Source of the DNA: Vicugna vicugna
Taxonomy: Eukaryota
Direction: 5' to 3'
Assembly: GCA_013265495.1 (NCBI GenBank)
Contig: MU058451.1
Span: 1,960,167-2,024,166 of the forward strand
DNA: 64,000 nucleotides
A program made the position numbers and the translations under genes. Below, one piece after another: positions 1 to 13,155 of the stretch. Each line of letters opens with the position of its first letter. Position 1 is the first letter of the stretch. A model generated the notes under the pieces. That model did not search any database. It was not told where the DNA came from and saw only the letters and a list, made by a program, of their open reading frames with translations.

Positions 1-629
1 TCTACTTCTCTTTTTCTTTAAAAATTCAGTCAGACCTAAGAGAGCTGATGTGTCAGGAACAACAGTTACTGGCAAGGCTAGAAATTTCAATCCGTTAAAT
101 GACCTGCTTTGAAACGAGCGGAGCACATCCACAAAAGGACCCCTCAAATAAATAAGCTGAATGGTTTCTACCACTAGTTTGAGATTTCCACTGAAAATTG
201 TGTAATGTGAATGGAATACTAAGGTATTTTCAAAACAACCTTAATTTGTTTTAAGGAGAGTGCAGTGCATTAAGTGAGCCCTGAACCGCAAAGGGCCGGC
301 TGTTTCGATGACAACAAGAAATTGCACACAGATTACTGCTAACTTGAGTTTAGTCATTATCAGGGATCTTCATTTCCAAAAACAAGCAAAAAAACTAAAA
401 CTAGAATTTCACCCCTCAAATGTCCTGAAGCGTTCCATGTTAAGGGGAACTGTGAAAAATTAAAATAGTGCAGGATCCCTGAAGTTGACGCTAGACATGT
501 GCCAAATAGAGCCAAAAACATGTGTGCAGCCATTATTCATGTACAGTAAAGAACAGCGTATTTGTGTTCCTCTTCATATAGCAAGCAAGCAGGAGTCTCT
601 CTCACAGATCCTCATAGTGATGTCTCAAT

Positions 630-845
630 AACGGAATTAAGATACTAACTACTATGTAGAAAAGAGATAAACAGCAAGGTCCTACTGTGTAGCACAGGGA
701 ACTGTATTCAATATCTTGTAGTGACCTACAATGAAAAAAGATATGGAAAGGAAAATATATATGTATATGGATGACGGAAACATTACACTGACACCAGAAA
801 TTGACACAACATTGTAAACTGACTATGCTTCCATTTTTTTTTAAT
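630..845 (+). mobile_element. 5'-truncated L1 3' UTR (cetartiodactyl type)
   Basis: ataaacagcaaggtcctactgtgtagcacagggaactgtattcaatatcttgta...caccagaaattgacacaacattgtaaactgactat is a typical artiodactyl L1 3' end; related copies at 12885, 20113, 41065, 57098, 61828. Confidence 0.85.
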
Positions 846-2589
846 GGAAAAAATAATGAAATCAGCTCCTCTAATTTTGTAGAGTCTGAGAGAAGGTCTG
901 CATCTTTTGTTCCACACGACTGAAATATGAATATGTAGCCCCAAGATGTTGTTCAACTTGCAAAGCAGAGTGTAACACCCAGGCAAAAGTATACCCCGAG
1001 AGCAAAGCTCCCCTCTCACAGTCCTAAAGAGATCATAATAGTCACCCTTTTAAGGCTCCATCTGGCATGCCCTGCATTAAGCTGCTGCATTTATGACCCA
1101 TGATCTTTTATATCACCAGGAAATATTTACTGAAGGAAATATTTGTTCAGGTTTGTTTGTCATGGGGTGACCACCTGTTTGGAGCCATTGCGATAATCAG
1201 TGTTTGAACTATTACAGATTCAGATTTGCTCTTTGCAACCAAAATCTAAAACTTCTTATACATTCTTGGGTTTTCATCCCAAATACAGAAGAGCTAAATG
1301 AAAGACACGATCTTAGGTATAAAAGGATCTAGAGATAAATACGTTTGCTCCTTTTCATTGAGGCAAACAGCTGGCTAATGCTAACTGTGCAGCTGGAAAT
1401 TTGGTAACTTTCCAAAGAAATATGAAACCAATTTGTTATTTCATCAACTATTCCCACGACTTTAGGACAGTTTCCAAAAACTGCTTCATGTCAAATGTTA
1501 AAGTAATTATGGCTTTCAGCTTCTTGCGGGTGCTTTGTGAGAATTTATAAATATACAAGGCACTTGTTGAGATAATAAGGTTGAAATTTATGTACCTAGT
1601 CAACTAACCAGATCTACTCTAACTTACTAAAAACTGCAAAATCAAAATACCCTATTAAAGTGTCCTGGAAATAAGTACCAGGGAATAGTTTTTGATCTGT
1701 TACACAGAATGCATACGCTATCTAGGAACATTTTAGATCTTACTGTGTCTAAAGCAATTCTATGAGAACTTAAGTTTGTCACCAAATCCTTATCCATCAC
1801 ATACTGAAAAGTATGCTTCTGCATGCATGTCTCATGTAGAGAATTTCAGTGGCGCTTTGCAAGTGTCCAGAAAGTCATCTGACAATTCCTGAGTAGAGAG
1901 CTTGCTAGATATTCTTGGAACTGTTTTTAGGTGAATCCAGTGGTCAGTTGGGATCATGTGTGTGAAAGTCTCCATAAATTACAGGAAGTTCTATTTATTG
2001 TGCACATCATGACCTCTCTAGGTTAATGATGATGATGTGGTGTTATTTAATGATAGGAGATAATGAGAACTTCCGATCCTTTTCTGCTCCTCCTTTCATG
2101 ATTGAGGTGGTGCTGGCGATGTCGTTTGTCATCTCTAAAGGAGAATCCTTGTTTACCTGAATTTGCAAGGAGTATCGTTATAGGTGTCTTAAAAGATTTT
2201 GAAGGCTCTATCAATGCAGTCTCCACAAAGACTTCGGAAGAAGTACCTATACAGTGGAATAAATCTTCCTGTTTTATCATCTCAGAAACCTGAAGTTCTG
2301 GCTTCGGTGCCTTACTAATAAATATAACACTGACAATAAATTACCCCCAAAGCCACGAGTGTAATAAAAAAAGTGACCTCATTTGCAATGTGGGGTCAGC
2401 AACAGGCCACTCCAGGCCCATGGGCTCAGAGGAGACCCCTCCAGTGGTGCCCGCGTTGGCTAGAGACCATGAGAGTAGCTTTTCGTTTCTATCAATTTGA
2501 TTGGTTTATTCTTCTACTTATGTTTTTAACTCTATCGCCAAGAAAATGTGCTGCCAATGGGAATAGCTTAATAAAGTGAAATGAAGTCT

Positions 2590-2760
2590 GCGGGATTCCA
2601 CATCTAGCACCTGCCAGGTTTAGAGCCTTTTTTCATCCATCGGGGATAACCCTTGCTGACAAAGCGTTGCTCTGTGAAACCAATCATCCCGCCTCACTCA
2701 CGGTAACGCGGCGGGAACTGGATTATGTTTATGCCGACCATGGCAAGTCCGTGGCAGCTC
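2590..2760. promoter_or_regulatory. Small CpG-enriched promoter/enhancer-like motif cluster
   Basis: About 10 CpGs in ~160 bp in a CpG-poor window; RFX-like GTTGCTCTGTGAAAC 2666-2680, CCAAT 2680-2684, GC-box core CCCGCC 2688-2693, E2F-like GGCGGGAA 2710-2717. Confidence 0.4.
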
Positions 2761-4639
2761 CCAAGGGCTGGTCTGAAATGCTGCTGGGAAGTGTCTCATG
2801 GAGACTTTTAGGGCAGCTGGGGAGGAAGAGGTGAACAAACAGCTAAAAGAGGACTCTCGTCGTCATCTGGGTGTTTTTGAATTGTTTCTAATGGTCAGAA
2901 CTTTCAAAAATGTGTATCTGTGTCAAACCGTTTTTTAGATCCCTTTTCCTACCCGACTTGTCATCTGCAGTATTATTTCTTTGTCCTTCTTTGACCATCT
3001 TTTCCTTTCTTAATACGAGGACACCAAACCCTTTCCTTTGAAATATTTTCATCAGGATGTTGTATGATGGGTCAGGGCTAGAAAACTTACTGCAATTCTG
3101 AGGTTGTCCTTGATCCTGAGAGACAGCTTGTATCTTTCACATTTTTATAAGTTTGAAGAAAATAGCCCTAAGTTTAGAACTCCACCACCCCTGCTTTAAT
3201 GTGTGATACCCATGGGAACTTTTCTAGCTGTGCCTTAAGCCTAGCTTACAAAGACAGAGCTTCACCCCAGATCTCTGCCTCTCAATGAGTGGGTGATCCA
3301 GAACAGACACGCGTTCTTCAGTGACCCAAGCATGAATGCTCTGACATGCCCACTGGAACTTCAGCTCTTCCTGAAGGCAAGTTCTCTAGGTGATTTTTGT
3401 ATCATACCTATCATAGTGCTGAGTGTAATGCCTTTACTCATAGAATTGTTCAATTAATGCTTGTAAATGTGGGGTTTTCCTTTGTTTATTCTGCCCTGCT
3501 ACTCCTGGAAACCTAAAACTAGCTGATGCTAAAACCTAGCTCTTGGGAATCCTGTTGATCTAAGAGGCTAATAAATCGTGGGTTTCTTTTTGGTAGGATA
3601 AAGAAAGCCCACTCCTCTTCCTTCTGGGCTCACCCTCGCCTCCCACCCCACCCCCCACACACAAGCCTATTGGTTTCTATTCCATTTCTATGTCTCTGCT
3701 TCCTCCAGCCCCATTAGCACCATATGCCCTAATAGTAGGGGTGCTCTGCTACATGGTATAGGGTGGTGGGTTTCTAGTGGATTAATACTGAGGGCCAGAA
3801 TCCTGTGAGGAATGGTCTTTTAGGGGAAGAGGCCCAGGACGAGCTTATTCTTAGATGACTATCTGGTGGGTCAAGGAGGTGACAGATCAGTGCAGAGAAT
3901 CTCTTATTGTCTCTCTTCTTGCAGCCTCTTGAGTGGTGCCTCTCTGGGACCGTCTTTGCCAACATAGCACCATCTCTGCTGGGCTCTATCACTGCGAAGC
4001 ATCACAGGGGGAGTCTTACAGCACGGCTTTCTTAATTACAGGCCTTAGTTCCAAAATGCAGACACTCAAGCAACATGTACCTTGTGTGAAGACCAGGGGA
4101 GACTGGCCTGTTAACCATCTTATCAGCTCTCATGGATCACCTTCGTCACATCATCACACTCACTTTGCATAAGTCAGAGAGCCAGATGAAATGTACTGGA
4201 GAATAGTTTTTTCCTACACGCCAGTCTAGTGCTGATACCTTGAACAAGTCAACTGGAGCCTCCTTAACTGTACAATTGAAATAGCACTGCTTTCCCCCGA
4301 CCCCTAGTTTAAAAAACTAAATAAGTAACAAATAAAAGGTTCAACTGGAAAGGACTCAGCTCTTTTCAACCAAAACACACTGCTCAAAAACAGTTCTCCA
4401 ATACATGTTTGGTTTTCAGAACTTTACAAAACAGATGAGTATTTAAACAAAAATCATTTACTTTCAAAACACTGATGAAACAAATCTCCTTAGACTTCAT
4501 GTGTAATGTATAAAGAAGGGTAAGGGACCAGACAAGAGAATGACTCCATGACCGTAGAGTCATAGAATGTTCGGTCTGTCAAGTATCTAAAAAGGTACTA
4601 GCCTCATGCTCTGATTTTGGCAGAGAAGGACGGGGACAG

Positions 4640-5090
4640 GGAAGCAGTAAATATGTATTCATTACACCCGGGCCAGGCACTGTGCTGGCTGCTTAAGGAG
4701 GGAGGTGTCTCAAGACATAGACATACAGAAAAATAGCTGAAGGAGAAACTTGATATTGTGGGAGGACTGAGATTAATTTTACTGAGAAGGGACTCTTGGA
4801 AGAGACTGTGTTCAGTATGAGTCTTGAAGGAGTAAAGTATCAGCTAAGCAGAGCTGTAAGTACTGCATGCTTAACACAGGGCAGTTTTTATGTTGGGGTG
4901 CTGTTCAGGAATATTATAGTCCGTTTGCCTGATGCATCGGTACAAAGAGAGAATAAGGGACTATTGAGCTGGCTGATTGAGGATAGACCAGTGTGAAAGC
5001 CAGTTTAATTAATTTGAGTTTCATCTGCAGGCCTTAGACTTTGAAAGTTTTTGAGCATGGGACTGAAATGATCAGAGCTGTCTATATTTA
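4640..5090 (-). mobile_element. Degenerate L2 fragment
   Basis: ccaggcactgtgctgg...atgagtcttgaaggagta...ttttgagcatgggactgaaatgatcagagctg, purine-rich pattern of an antisense L2. Confidence 0.55.
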
Positions 5091-5133
5091 GATACAGAAT
5101 CAGGCTTTTACCCACATGCCTATAGAATACCTT

Positions 5134-5165
5134 GAGAGAGAGAGAGAGAGAGCGTGTGTGTGTGT
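5134..5165. repeat. (GA)n(GT)n compound microsatellite
   Basis: Directly visible. Confidence 0.9.
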
Positions 5166-8100
5166 TTTTTGTTTTGCTTTTTGTAACGTCTTCATGGGTT
5201 GAAGAGGACAGTGAAAAAAAAAGACATTTAGAAGCCTAGTCTGGCAGCAGCAACACGTCATTGGAGTATAACCATCCTCTTTTAAGAAAGCAGTCCAGTT
5301 TATTCAGTGGAAAATAACAGCATGCTACATTTCTGTGTTTTAGTCAACTATAATTCATGAATGTTTAGAGTTCAGTCCCTGACTGCGGGACACCATGTCT
5401 CTTGGCCCACAATTTTTGGTTACTGAACAAGTTTGAATTTTGTATAATAAAAAGATTCTTGAGGTAGCTTGTTTATTCATAAATGAAAACGTATGTACGT
5501 TTGTAAAGAATCCCGAGTGAGGCTAGTAGCTTGCTGGAGTCAGTGCCCCCAGCTCCCTAAGGCTCCATATTTGAGAAAGTATGGTTATTACCTTAGAACT
5601 CCATAAAAGGTCCAGTACTTGATTTGTCTATTGGGAGTCAACAAGTAAGTTTTGCCAATGACACAATCCCTACTCCCTTTTCATAGATTTTTTTTCTGTC
5701 CTTCAATCCCCCAAGGGCAAGGATGCAGCTGACTGCAGTTGTGTTTATTGTTATAACAAATAGAATATCAGATTCTCCTTCTGAGGTGACACTTTGTAAC
5801 ATGATGCGAAAGCAACATTTACAGTTACTGACGATAAAAATGGCCCCTCAAGTTCTGGTGTTTGGCTTCCAATAATAACGATGCTCTCTGAGTTAAAACT
5901 TCCCTACAGGTTCAGAGTCTTCCTAAAAGAGGGAAACTTTTTATTCCAGCTGAGGTTGGTGCAAGTAGCTCTTTGCATAGTTTTCCTCCTATTACGTTCA
6001 TTCTGTTTCCACCAGTGTGAGATGATTCACCAGTGGCTCAAAACGTGAAAGGGAAAAATCCTGACTTGAATCCCATGTTTCCCCTTAGGGAAGATAATGC
6101 AAACTAAATCCCTGTTAAACCTGGAGAGGATGGGGCTGAGACTAAGACCTGCTAGAGTCCTGTGTTTCAAAGATGCCATGACTTGATTGAAATGGAAGTC
6201 ATATATAGCATATTGGGTCATCATAAACTCCCTTTTTCAAATACTTGTTTCAAAAACCTAAGGTGTCTTTGTTGACAGCAGAGTCCCTTTTTTCTATGTT
6301 TGTAAAAAGGATAGAACATATTCACAGATCTCCCCGAACCCTATTTTGGGGATCTCCTTGGGAAAATGGGTTTTGTACCAACTATACTTTGGGTTTTAGA
6401 CCAAAGCTTTGAAGGTCAGATAATAAAGCATCTTACTTTTGTAGATCATTCTGTTGTCTTAATATTTTTCAGGATCCCTAATTTTTTTCTGGAACATTTC
6501 TTGATTTCAGTGTATATTTACTAAGGATAAATTGAGGCACTGGATATATAAAACTGAATAACATGGCCCCTGCTCTTAGCTCTGAATGAGGAAGACAGAC
6601 TGCCCTCCACTACAGGAAACCCTCCACTATTGTATGGTATCATGAGGACAGATGGAACCACCAAGTAGAACCACCAAGAAAGACAGCCTTTACCTGGGCA
6701 CATCAGAGAAGGTATCTAAGAAGAAGTGGTTTGTATCCAGTCTCGAAGCAGGAGTGGAAGTTTTCCAGATGGACAAAGTGAGGGCTGTGAGACCGAGTAA
6801 AGGAGTAGCAACATGGCCTCATTTCCCGTTGTACACATTTGCTAAGACAAATGCAGAATCATTTAAGCCACTTCCTCCATCCTCTAAGGAGGGAAAAACT
6901 TAACATTTAAAAGAAAAATTAAGTAACTGATTTCCTTATTAAATCTCTGTAAAAGATGAGGTTATTTGTCCTTTTAGTCTGCCCAGATCTCAATTTGGAT
7001 AATTACAATCCTCCTACCTAATTTATCCCTGTAGTTTTAATGGGTTTCAGAATTTGACTGCATTTCTCTTCAATTGTTGTGTAGTGGTGTTATTTGATAT
7101 CAAACAGCTGGTACGTCCTACCACAGAGGTGAATATTTTTCAGCAACCGATGCAGTGATTTCTGTCGTATAGGGCAAGTAAGACAATCTACAAGGGCTTT
7201 GAGATGACAAATAACCCCTAAATGCGTAGATGTGAGGCATTAATTATTAATAGCAATGGTCACACCCATAGAGTCACTGCTCTTAGAATAACAGAGCATC
7301 ATCTTTGGTCTGCAAAGTCATATATGCAGAGAAAAGTCCTTGTTTCAATAGATGTTATATCTGGGTTGACATACGCTCCAAAGTGTCGGTGGTCTTTCTT
7401 CTACTTTGCTGAGATCATTTTGGCTTTAATTAAACGCATACTGCAGTGCACTAAGAACAGATGTTCATTTTGTTTCTTAATCAACTTAGAGGAAGTTCGT
7501 TGGGTCGTTTACATGTGTACCCATGTGCTGTGTAGCCATTCTCCATTTGATCACTTGTTTGTTTATGTTCGACTGAGGATGACAGAGATTGAAAGTCTGC
7601 AACTAAAAGCTACTCTGAAGTCTGAATTCAGTGTGTTAAATGAATTCGGTCGTCCTCTTAGGGACCCACGTTATTGCCAGTACTGTTGCTAAGTGCCATG
7701 TTTGACACCTCTAATGGAGACAAGCAATCTCTGCCATCCATTGTGGTTTCACTTTGCGTTCAGGCACAGGGTAAGTGATAATGACCTAAATGGTAGACAT
7801 GTAAGCAGCTTCCTTCTCCGTCTTTCCCACATCAGAAAAAGGTTTTCTTTGCTCTTTTGATGAATGTGGTAAAACATCTGAAATATCTCCCACTGAGAAT
7901 TGATGTTCACTAAAACATTTATTTCTACCCAAATGTCTGGCAACTTTATCACCCAAACCTTTGGAAAGTCCCGTGACCTGAGGAAATGTCACCACTGAGA
8001 TGCACATGCTCACTGCTGACAACTGTAGCCCTGTGTCATGGCCTCGACCTGTGGAGATAATCAAGGCAGGAGCCTCTTTGTTCACTTTAGGGGAATGAAG

Positions 8101-9649
8101 ACAAGCAAGGGCAGCACAGAGTAGTCAGCACCAGCCCCGGGGAGGCCAGAGCAGGTGGTTACTGACCTGGGCTGGCACTGCCAAGAACCAGCCGACGCCA
8201 TTGTCTCTGTTTGTCTTCCGTGGACAGTCCACTCCTGTAGCATCTTCAGTATTGCCCACTGCTCTCACACCTCACCTGCGTCAGGTGCCCTTTTTTGTTG
8301 TTTTATAATGATAGTATCTCACCAGAATTCTTCCAGACTTCTCTGATGAAAAAATCCCAGAAGCATGACAGCCACTCTAAAAACTAGGAATTGCATACCC
8401 AAGGTAGCCGCCGATCCGGACTATCAACATCACAGCTGTAGGGATGGGGCGTGGTAATACTGACTCCTCTCTACAGTCCTGTAAGTTCACATGTCTGGAA
8501 GAGGAGGAGCAAACGCTGAGTGCCTGTAGACAGTGACACAAGAATTGAGTGTCTCAAAGAGAGTTTTGGTGTAAGGACAGGTCGACACGATGCTGACAGA
8601 AATGTGAATAACAGCCCAGTACCAGGGGTTGATGAGGATGTCTGGTCCAGCAAAGGCAGAGAGAAGCAGGAATCATGAATGCGAAGTTGCAAACTGCATT
8701 TCTGCTTGGCTGTTCTGATCATAGGGTTGGAGGGGCAGAAAAACCAGGGAGGAGGCAATGAGTCACCTGACCTTGAGCAATAGCTTTACCTTTCCATCCC
8801 AGGAGGAGAAGGATGTGTGTGCGGGCAGGAAGGCATTTTCAACAGATGTAACTCTGTGCAGAGACATATGAGAGTGGTGTGTTCCAGAAGAAACAGTGGT
8901 TCAGTATGGCCGCAGTGAGGGGGAATGAGTGGACTGGGGTGGGGGAGAGCTCTTCAGAAAGGAAGTTGAGCCTAGTTGTGAGGACTTAAGGGCCATAAAT
9001 GGAGTCATGCTTATCCCCAAGGTGCTGGGGAGCCATCACAGGGAGCCTTTACGTAGAGGAAGGGTGGCATCAAACTTCTTTTAGCAGAATCATAGCACAT
9101 ATATTGAAGTGGGGAGGGATTGTAGGGAGGCAAAAAAAAAAGTTTTAGGCAGCTTCCTCAGTGGTCCATGACAATAGCTAACAAAAGCAAGTATACCTGC
9201 CTTCCTCTCTTCCTTCCTTTTTTGGGGGGTTGAGGGTGCAGGGAGAATCCTGCATATTACTGCATAGCATTCTCTTCCCTCACTGCTGTAATGTAATATG
9301 GTACCTAGAAAACTGAGTCTGTTTTGAGTTATAAAGAATCACTAGGATACAGAAGCTGCTGGTGGTCACTTAGAAATAGAATTGTACCGGGGAAGAGGTA
9401 ATTGCCTAGGGACAACAAAAATAAAACAAAATTGATTCTGCTCATGAAGATTAGTATTAGCATTTGATTGCACTCATATCCAAGGTTTTAATCAATATTG
9501 TCCCTCCTTTTCTTGCTGTCCACACCCTCCCCCTCCCCATAGGTTTAGCCAAATTAACTACTAATTAAGCTGTAACATTTGATGATGCCTTGTGAGACTT
9601 TGCTATATTATTAATAAAGTGACAGGAATGGCAATCGATTTGGAAAGTT

Positions 9650-9770
9650 CATCCACTCATTGAACAAACACTGTTTGACCATCTGTGGTACGTGTTTGTC
9701 AGCTACTGTGCTAACGATTGGCAACACCAAGATGAAAAACTGTCGCTGCTTCTCGGAGCTGGAGCAGTGG
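9650..9770 (-). mobile_element. L2 3' end fragment
   Basis: ttcatccactcattgaacaaacactgtttgaccatctg...actgtgcta. Confidence 0.5.
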
Positions 9771-9974
9771 CATGGGAGGGGTGGCTAAGGACCTGATCAA
9801 GTGAGTGTATCAAAAAGAAAGTACTAGATTTCCCACACCACAAAAAAGAAGAGGAAAGGAGGAGGAAATACCAGATCCCAAGGCATCATGGAGGAGTGGA
9901 TCTTTTGTTCCTTAGAGTAAATGTTACAATGAGAATATCACTTCAGATCATCAAAGATGAGCTATTACAGCGCC

Positions 9975-10165
9975 TAGCCTGCCGGGCACTGGTGCCAAAC
10001 TGCCTGGGTTCAAATCCCAGTTCCCTCACTTACTAGCTCAGCTTCTTCACCCGTGAAGGTGGATCCTCACATCAGAAGGGTAATTGTGAGGTGCATGAGG
10101 GTTAGTATCTATGAAGGGCTCAGAGCAGTGGCTCATGCCTTGTAGCTGCTCAGTCACTGATATTT
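9975..10165 (+). mobile_element. MIR SINE
   Basis: MIR core ctgcctgggttcaaatcccagttccctcacttactagct...tatgaagggctcagagcagtggct. Confidence 0.8.
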
Positions 10166-10172
10166 ATTATTG

Positions 10173-10208
<36 letters not shown>
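10164..10208. repeat. (ATT)n microsatellite at MIR tail
   Basis: Directly visible; explains the poly-Leu ORF 10170..10379. Confidence 0.95.
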
Positions 10209-10879
10209 GGATCAAAAGCCAAACAACTTACAACAGCAAAGTGGAAAAATACATTTCAACAGATCAGATATATTCAGGAAGAGATGACTTCTCCACATAC
10301 TGTCCTCCCTCTGCAGGGTAAACTTTGTCCATTTGGCCATGATTCTAATCAGAAAGTTATCATCTCTGAAATCAGATGACCATGAGAAAGATATTATTAT
10401 TGTTCCTGCTTTCCAAGGGTGACATGGTGGGGAGTGGCGCCCCTAAGAGAATTATAAGATGGATGGAATTTAAGGGCATTTTCTTAGAGTACAAATCTGT
10501 CTTCCTGCATACAGCTTTGTTTGTGGTTAAGAGTTATTCTTACCGCAAGTAAAAATCTTGGGAAACAGTGATATATGTGTTGTTAGCCCAGTCTATTGAC
10601 CGGATGGTGTTCGAAATTGGCCCTTTTTACCCCTCATTTACCAGATTGATTCATGCTTCTCTCAACCTCTAACCCATTTTCAATCTGGTTCTTTAAATAA
10701 TATAACCAACCAAAATGCTGGTGTTTGCTTTCAAAGTGGCAGACTCAACCAACATCAACATGTCCTTGAGTTTACAAACGACTTCATAGAATGCTTTCTC
10801 TTCAGTCCACAAGTACAAAGGCTACAAGGGTCAATGGAACCTTTTATAAATATTGTCCTTCTCTATAAAATAGTCAGGG

Positions 10880-11040
10880 TGTGGTAGGAAGGGAACTGGG
10901 CTGGGGGAGGAAAGATGACCTGGCTCTAGTCCTGGCTCTGACCTTGGAAAAGCAACAACTTCCTGGGCTTCAATTTCTCCATCTGTAAAATGGTGGAGCT
11001 AGACTATGTGAACTCTACGGTTTTACTCCATTTCAGGTTC
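10880..11040 (+). mobile_element. MIR (MIR3-like)
   Basis: gacctggctctagtcctggctctgaccttgg...gggcttcaatttctccatctgtaaaatgg...ctagact. Confidence 0.7.
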
Positions 11041-11119
11041 CCAGCTAATGAGAAGTGATGAATGTTTTAATCAAAGGTATAATTGAATGAAATCCTTAGT
11101 AGAGAAATGTAAGATGATT

Positions 11120-11400
11120 TCATTCATTCAGTCAAGTATTTATTGAAAGCTTTATATGTACACTGTGCCAGGTACAGTGCTCGGGGCATGGTGGTAGCAA
11201 GGATAGGTCCCTACATTTATGGAGCATATATTCTAATGGGGAGACAGACAATAAAGAAATTAGCAAAATAATTTCAGATTGTTAGAAGTACTCTGAGGGA
11301 AATAACCGAGAAATGCAAGCAAGAATAGCAGAAGGAGGCTCATGTTTATAGAGAGTGGTCCCATGGTCACACTCTCTCTCTCTATTCCTCCCCCTCCACC

Positions 11401-11446
<46 letters not shown>

Positions 11447-11560
11447 TGGATACATTTTAATGGTGACCAGAATGAAGAGTCTGCCACAAAGGAAAAGGAA
11501 GAGAGATTTCTGAGAGAGGGTACAGCCCATTGCAAAGACCCCTAAGGAGGGAAAATATTT
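11120..11560 (-). mobile_element. L2 fragment interrupted by a (TC)n microsatellite
   Basis: ttcattcattcagtcaagtatttattgaaagc...tgtgccaggtacagtgct...atattctaatggggagacagacaataaa; (TC)n at ~11372-11445. Confidence 0.7.
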
Positions 11561-12204
11561 AAGATTTTTAACACAACTACCAAACCTAAATATGCACCCA
11601 CTAACAGCCAGGGGGAAATTGATAGCTGGTTTTGGAAGCTACAGAGATATGGTTTCACAGCATTCAGACACTGTAGGTTATATCCTGTATCTCAGAACAT
11701 GCCTGCTCCCTAAAGAGCTCTTGAGATGAAGTATATGAACCATATACTGTGTGCAAGCCAGCGCAAGCAAGCTGTTTTCTAGGATCCAAGGTTGTTGTGA
11801 GAATCATATAATATACTCTTCAGTGAGTGAGCCCTTGCAAACTTGAGCCGCCCTGCGCGGGTGAGTTATTATTGTGCTTCCTGCTAATAGCGACGTTCCA
11901 GGTGGCTTCTGCGAGCACCGTCCACTTCTGGACCTTCAGCTTGGTCCTGAGGGCAGCTCTGTTCTTCCTGCTCCTGTCGTCCTTTGCACATGTCGGACGA
12001 ACCTTGCTTGGGATCCTACGTCACAAAGGTGAGGTCTGCCCGTTACTGGCTCATACAAACAAATTTGTCTTCCACTTACTCACTGAGTCCCATGAAACTG
12101 CTCAGCATCACTAATTGGAAAACACCATCTGGATGGCTTCAGGGAGGGAGAAAGACAGCCACTTCTGTATCACACAAATGTGGGACAAGAATCAATATAT
12201 GTCA

Positions 12205-12351
12205 GGGAAGAGTATAGCTCAACTGATAGAGCACATGCTTAGCATGTATGAGGTCCTGGGTTCAATCCCCAGTATTGCCTCTAAAAATAAATAAATAAAA
12301 CTAATCACTCCACCCCCCAAAAAAACTAAATCACTCTTAATTTTTTTAAAA
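12205..12351 (+). mobile_element. Camelid-type tRNA-Ala-derived SINE with degenerate TSD
   Basis: A box (gtatagctcaactg), arm catgcttagcatg with AGC anticodon, B box gggttcaatcccc, A-rich tail; TSD aagaatcaatatatgt 12187-12202 / aagaataaatgtatgt 12352-12367. Confidence 0.88.
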
Positions 12352-12884
12352 AAGAATAAATGTATGTTTCAATTTGGGTCACATATTTCTCCAGGGAATA
12401 ATACATGGAAGAAAAAACCTAGGTAAAAATGAGCCCAAAGAAAGTGTTTTTCTAACTCCTCTATTGAATTAGTAATGGACTTTGGGAGAAATAAGAAACC
12501 AGAGAGAAGGAAAACAGAAAAGCAAACCCAGTTAGTAAAGCAGAGTTGCTGTTAAAAAGGCTGAAAAGTTGCTAAAACACCTGCCGTGACAATTTTCCTG
12601 ATGCTAACCTTGCCAGTAGTTTCAATGCAACTTACACAAGAGCCAGGAACTTTCATGTGGCCGTGTTTCTTGGTTTGGCCCAATACAGCCTCCCATTTGA
12701 CCTCTCTAAATCTTACACACTGGGAATCAGTTCTGCTCTGAAACATAGTCTTCTAATACAAGCCACATGAATATCATATAATCAAATGAATTCTATCTGC
12801 AGTTCTCTACATATCACTGATATATTTCAGGATATATGCTTTGATCAGAAATATCTAAGTCTATGTAATGATAACTTCATAAAA

Positions 12885-13155
12885 AATTTTACTGCAGTAT
12901 GGTGGATTCACAATGTTGTGTTAGTTTCTGGTGTGTAGCACAGTGATTCAGTTACATATATATATTCTTTTTCATATTTTTCAATATAGGTTATTACAAG
13001 CTATTGAATGTAGTTCTCTGTGCTATACCGTAGGACCTTGTTGTTTATCTATTTTATATATAGTAGTTTGTATCTGCTAATCCCAAACTCCTAATTTATC
13101 CCTTCCCCAACCCCTTTCCCCTTTTGTAATCATAGTTTGTTTTCTCTGTCTGTGA
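12885..13155 (-). mobile_element. L1 3' UTR (cetartiodactyl type)
   Basis: acaatgttgtgttagtttctggtgt...gtaggaccttgttgtttatctattttatatatagtagtttgtatctgctaatcccaaactcc. Confidence 0.88.

Noticed and set aside
2189..2246. Alternative frame of the candidate exon, reading YFFRSLCGDCIDRAFKIF-stop as a terminal exon
   Set aside because: Looks protein-like, but I cannot match it to a known C-terminus or find a phase-compatible upstream exon
7222..7692. Longest ORF (156 aa), and similar ORFs at 50668-51090, 55957-56412 and 63228-63674
   Set aside because: No recognisable domain, composition typical of translated non-coding DNA, and no coherent exon structure; such lengths are expected by chance across six frames
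10170..10379. Signal-peptide-like poly-Leu ORF; also poly-Ile (23975), poly-Cys (43632), ER/SL repeats (11260-11545) and CV repeats (47370)
   Set aside because: All are translations of microsatellites
12205..12280. tRNA-Ala gene (also at 48068 and 54054)
   Set aside because: Mutated stems, A-rich tails and a TSD at this copy indicate SINE copies
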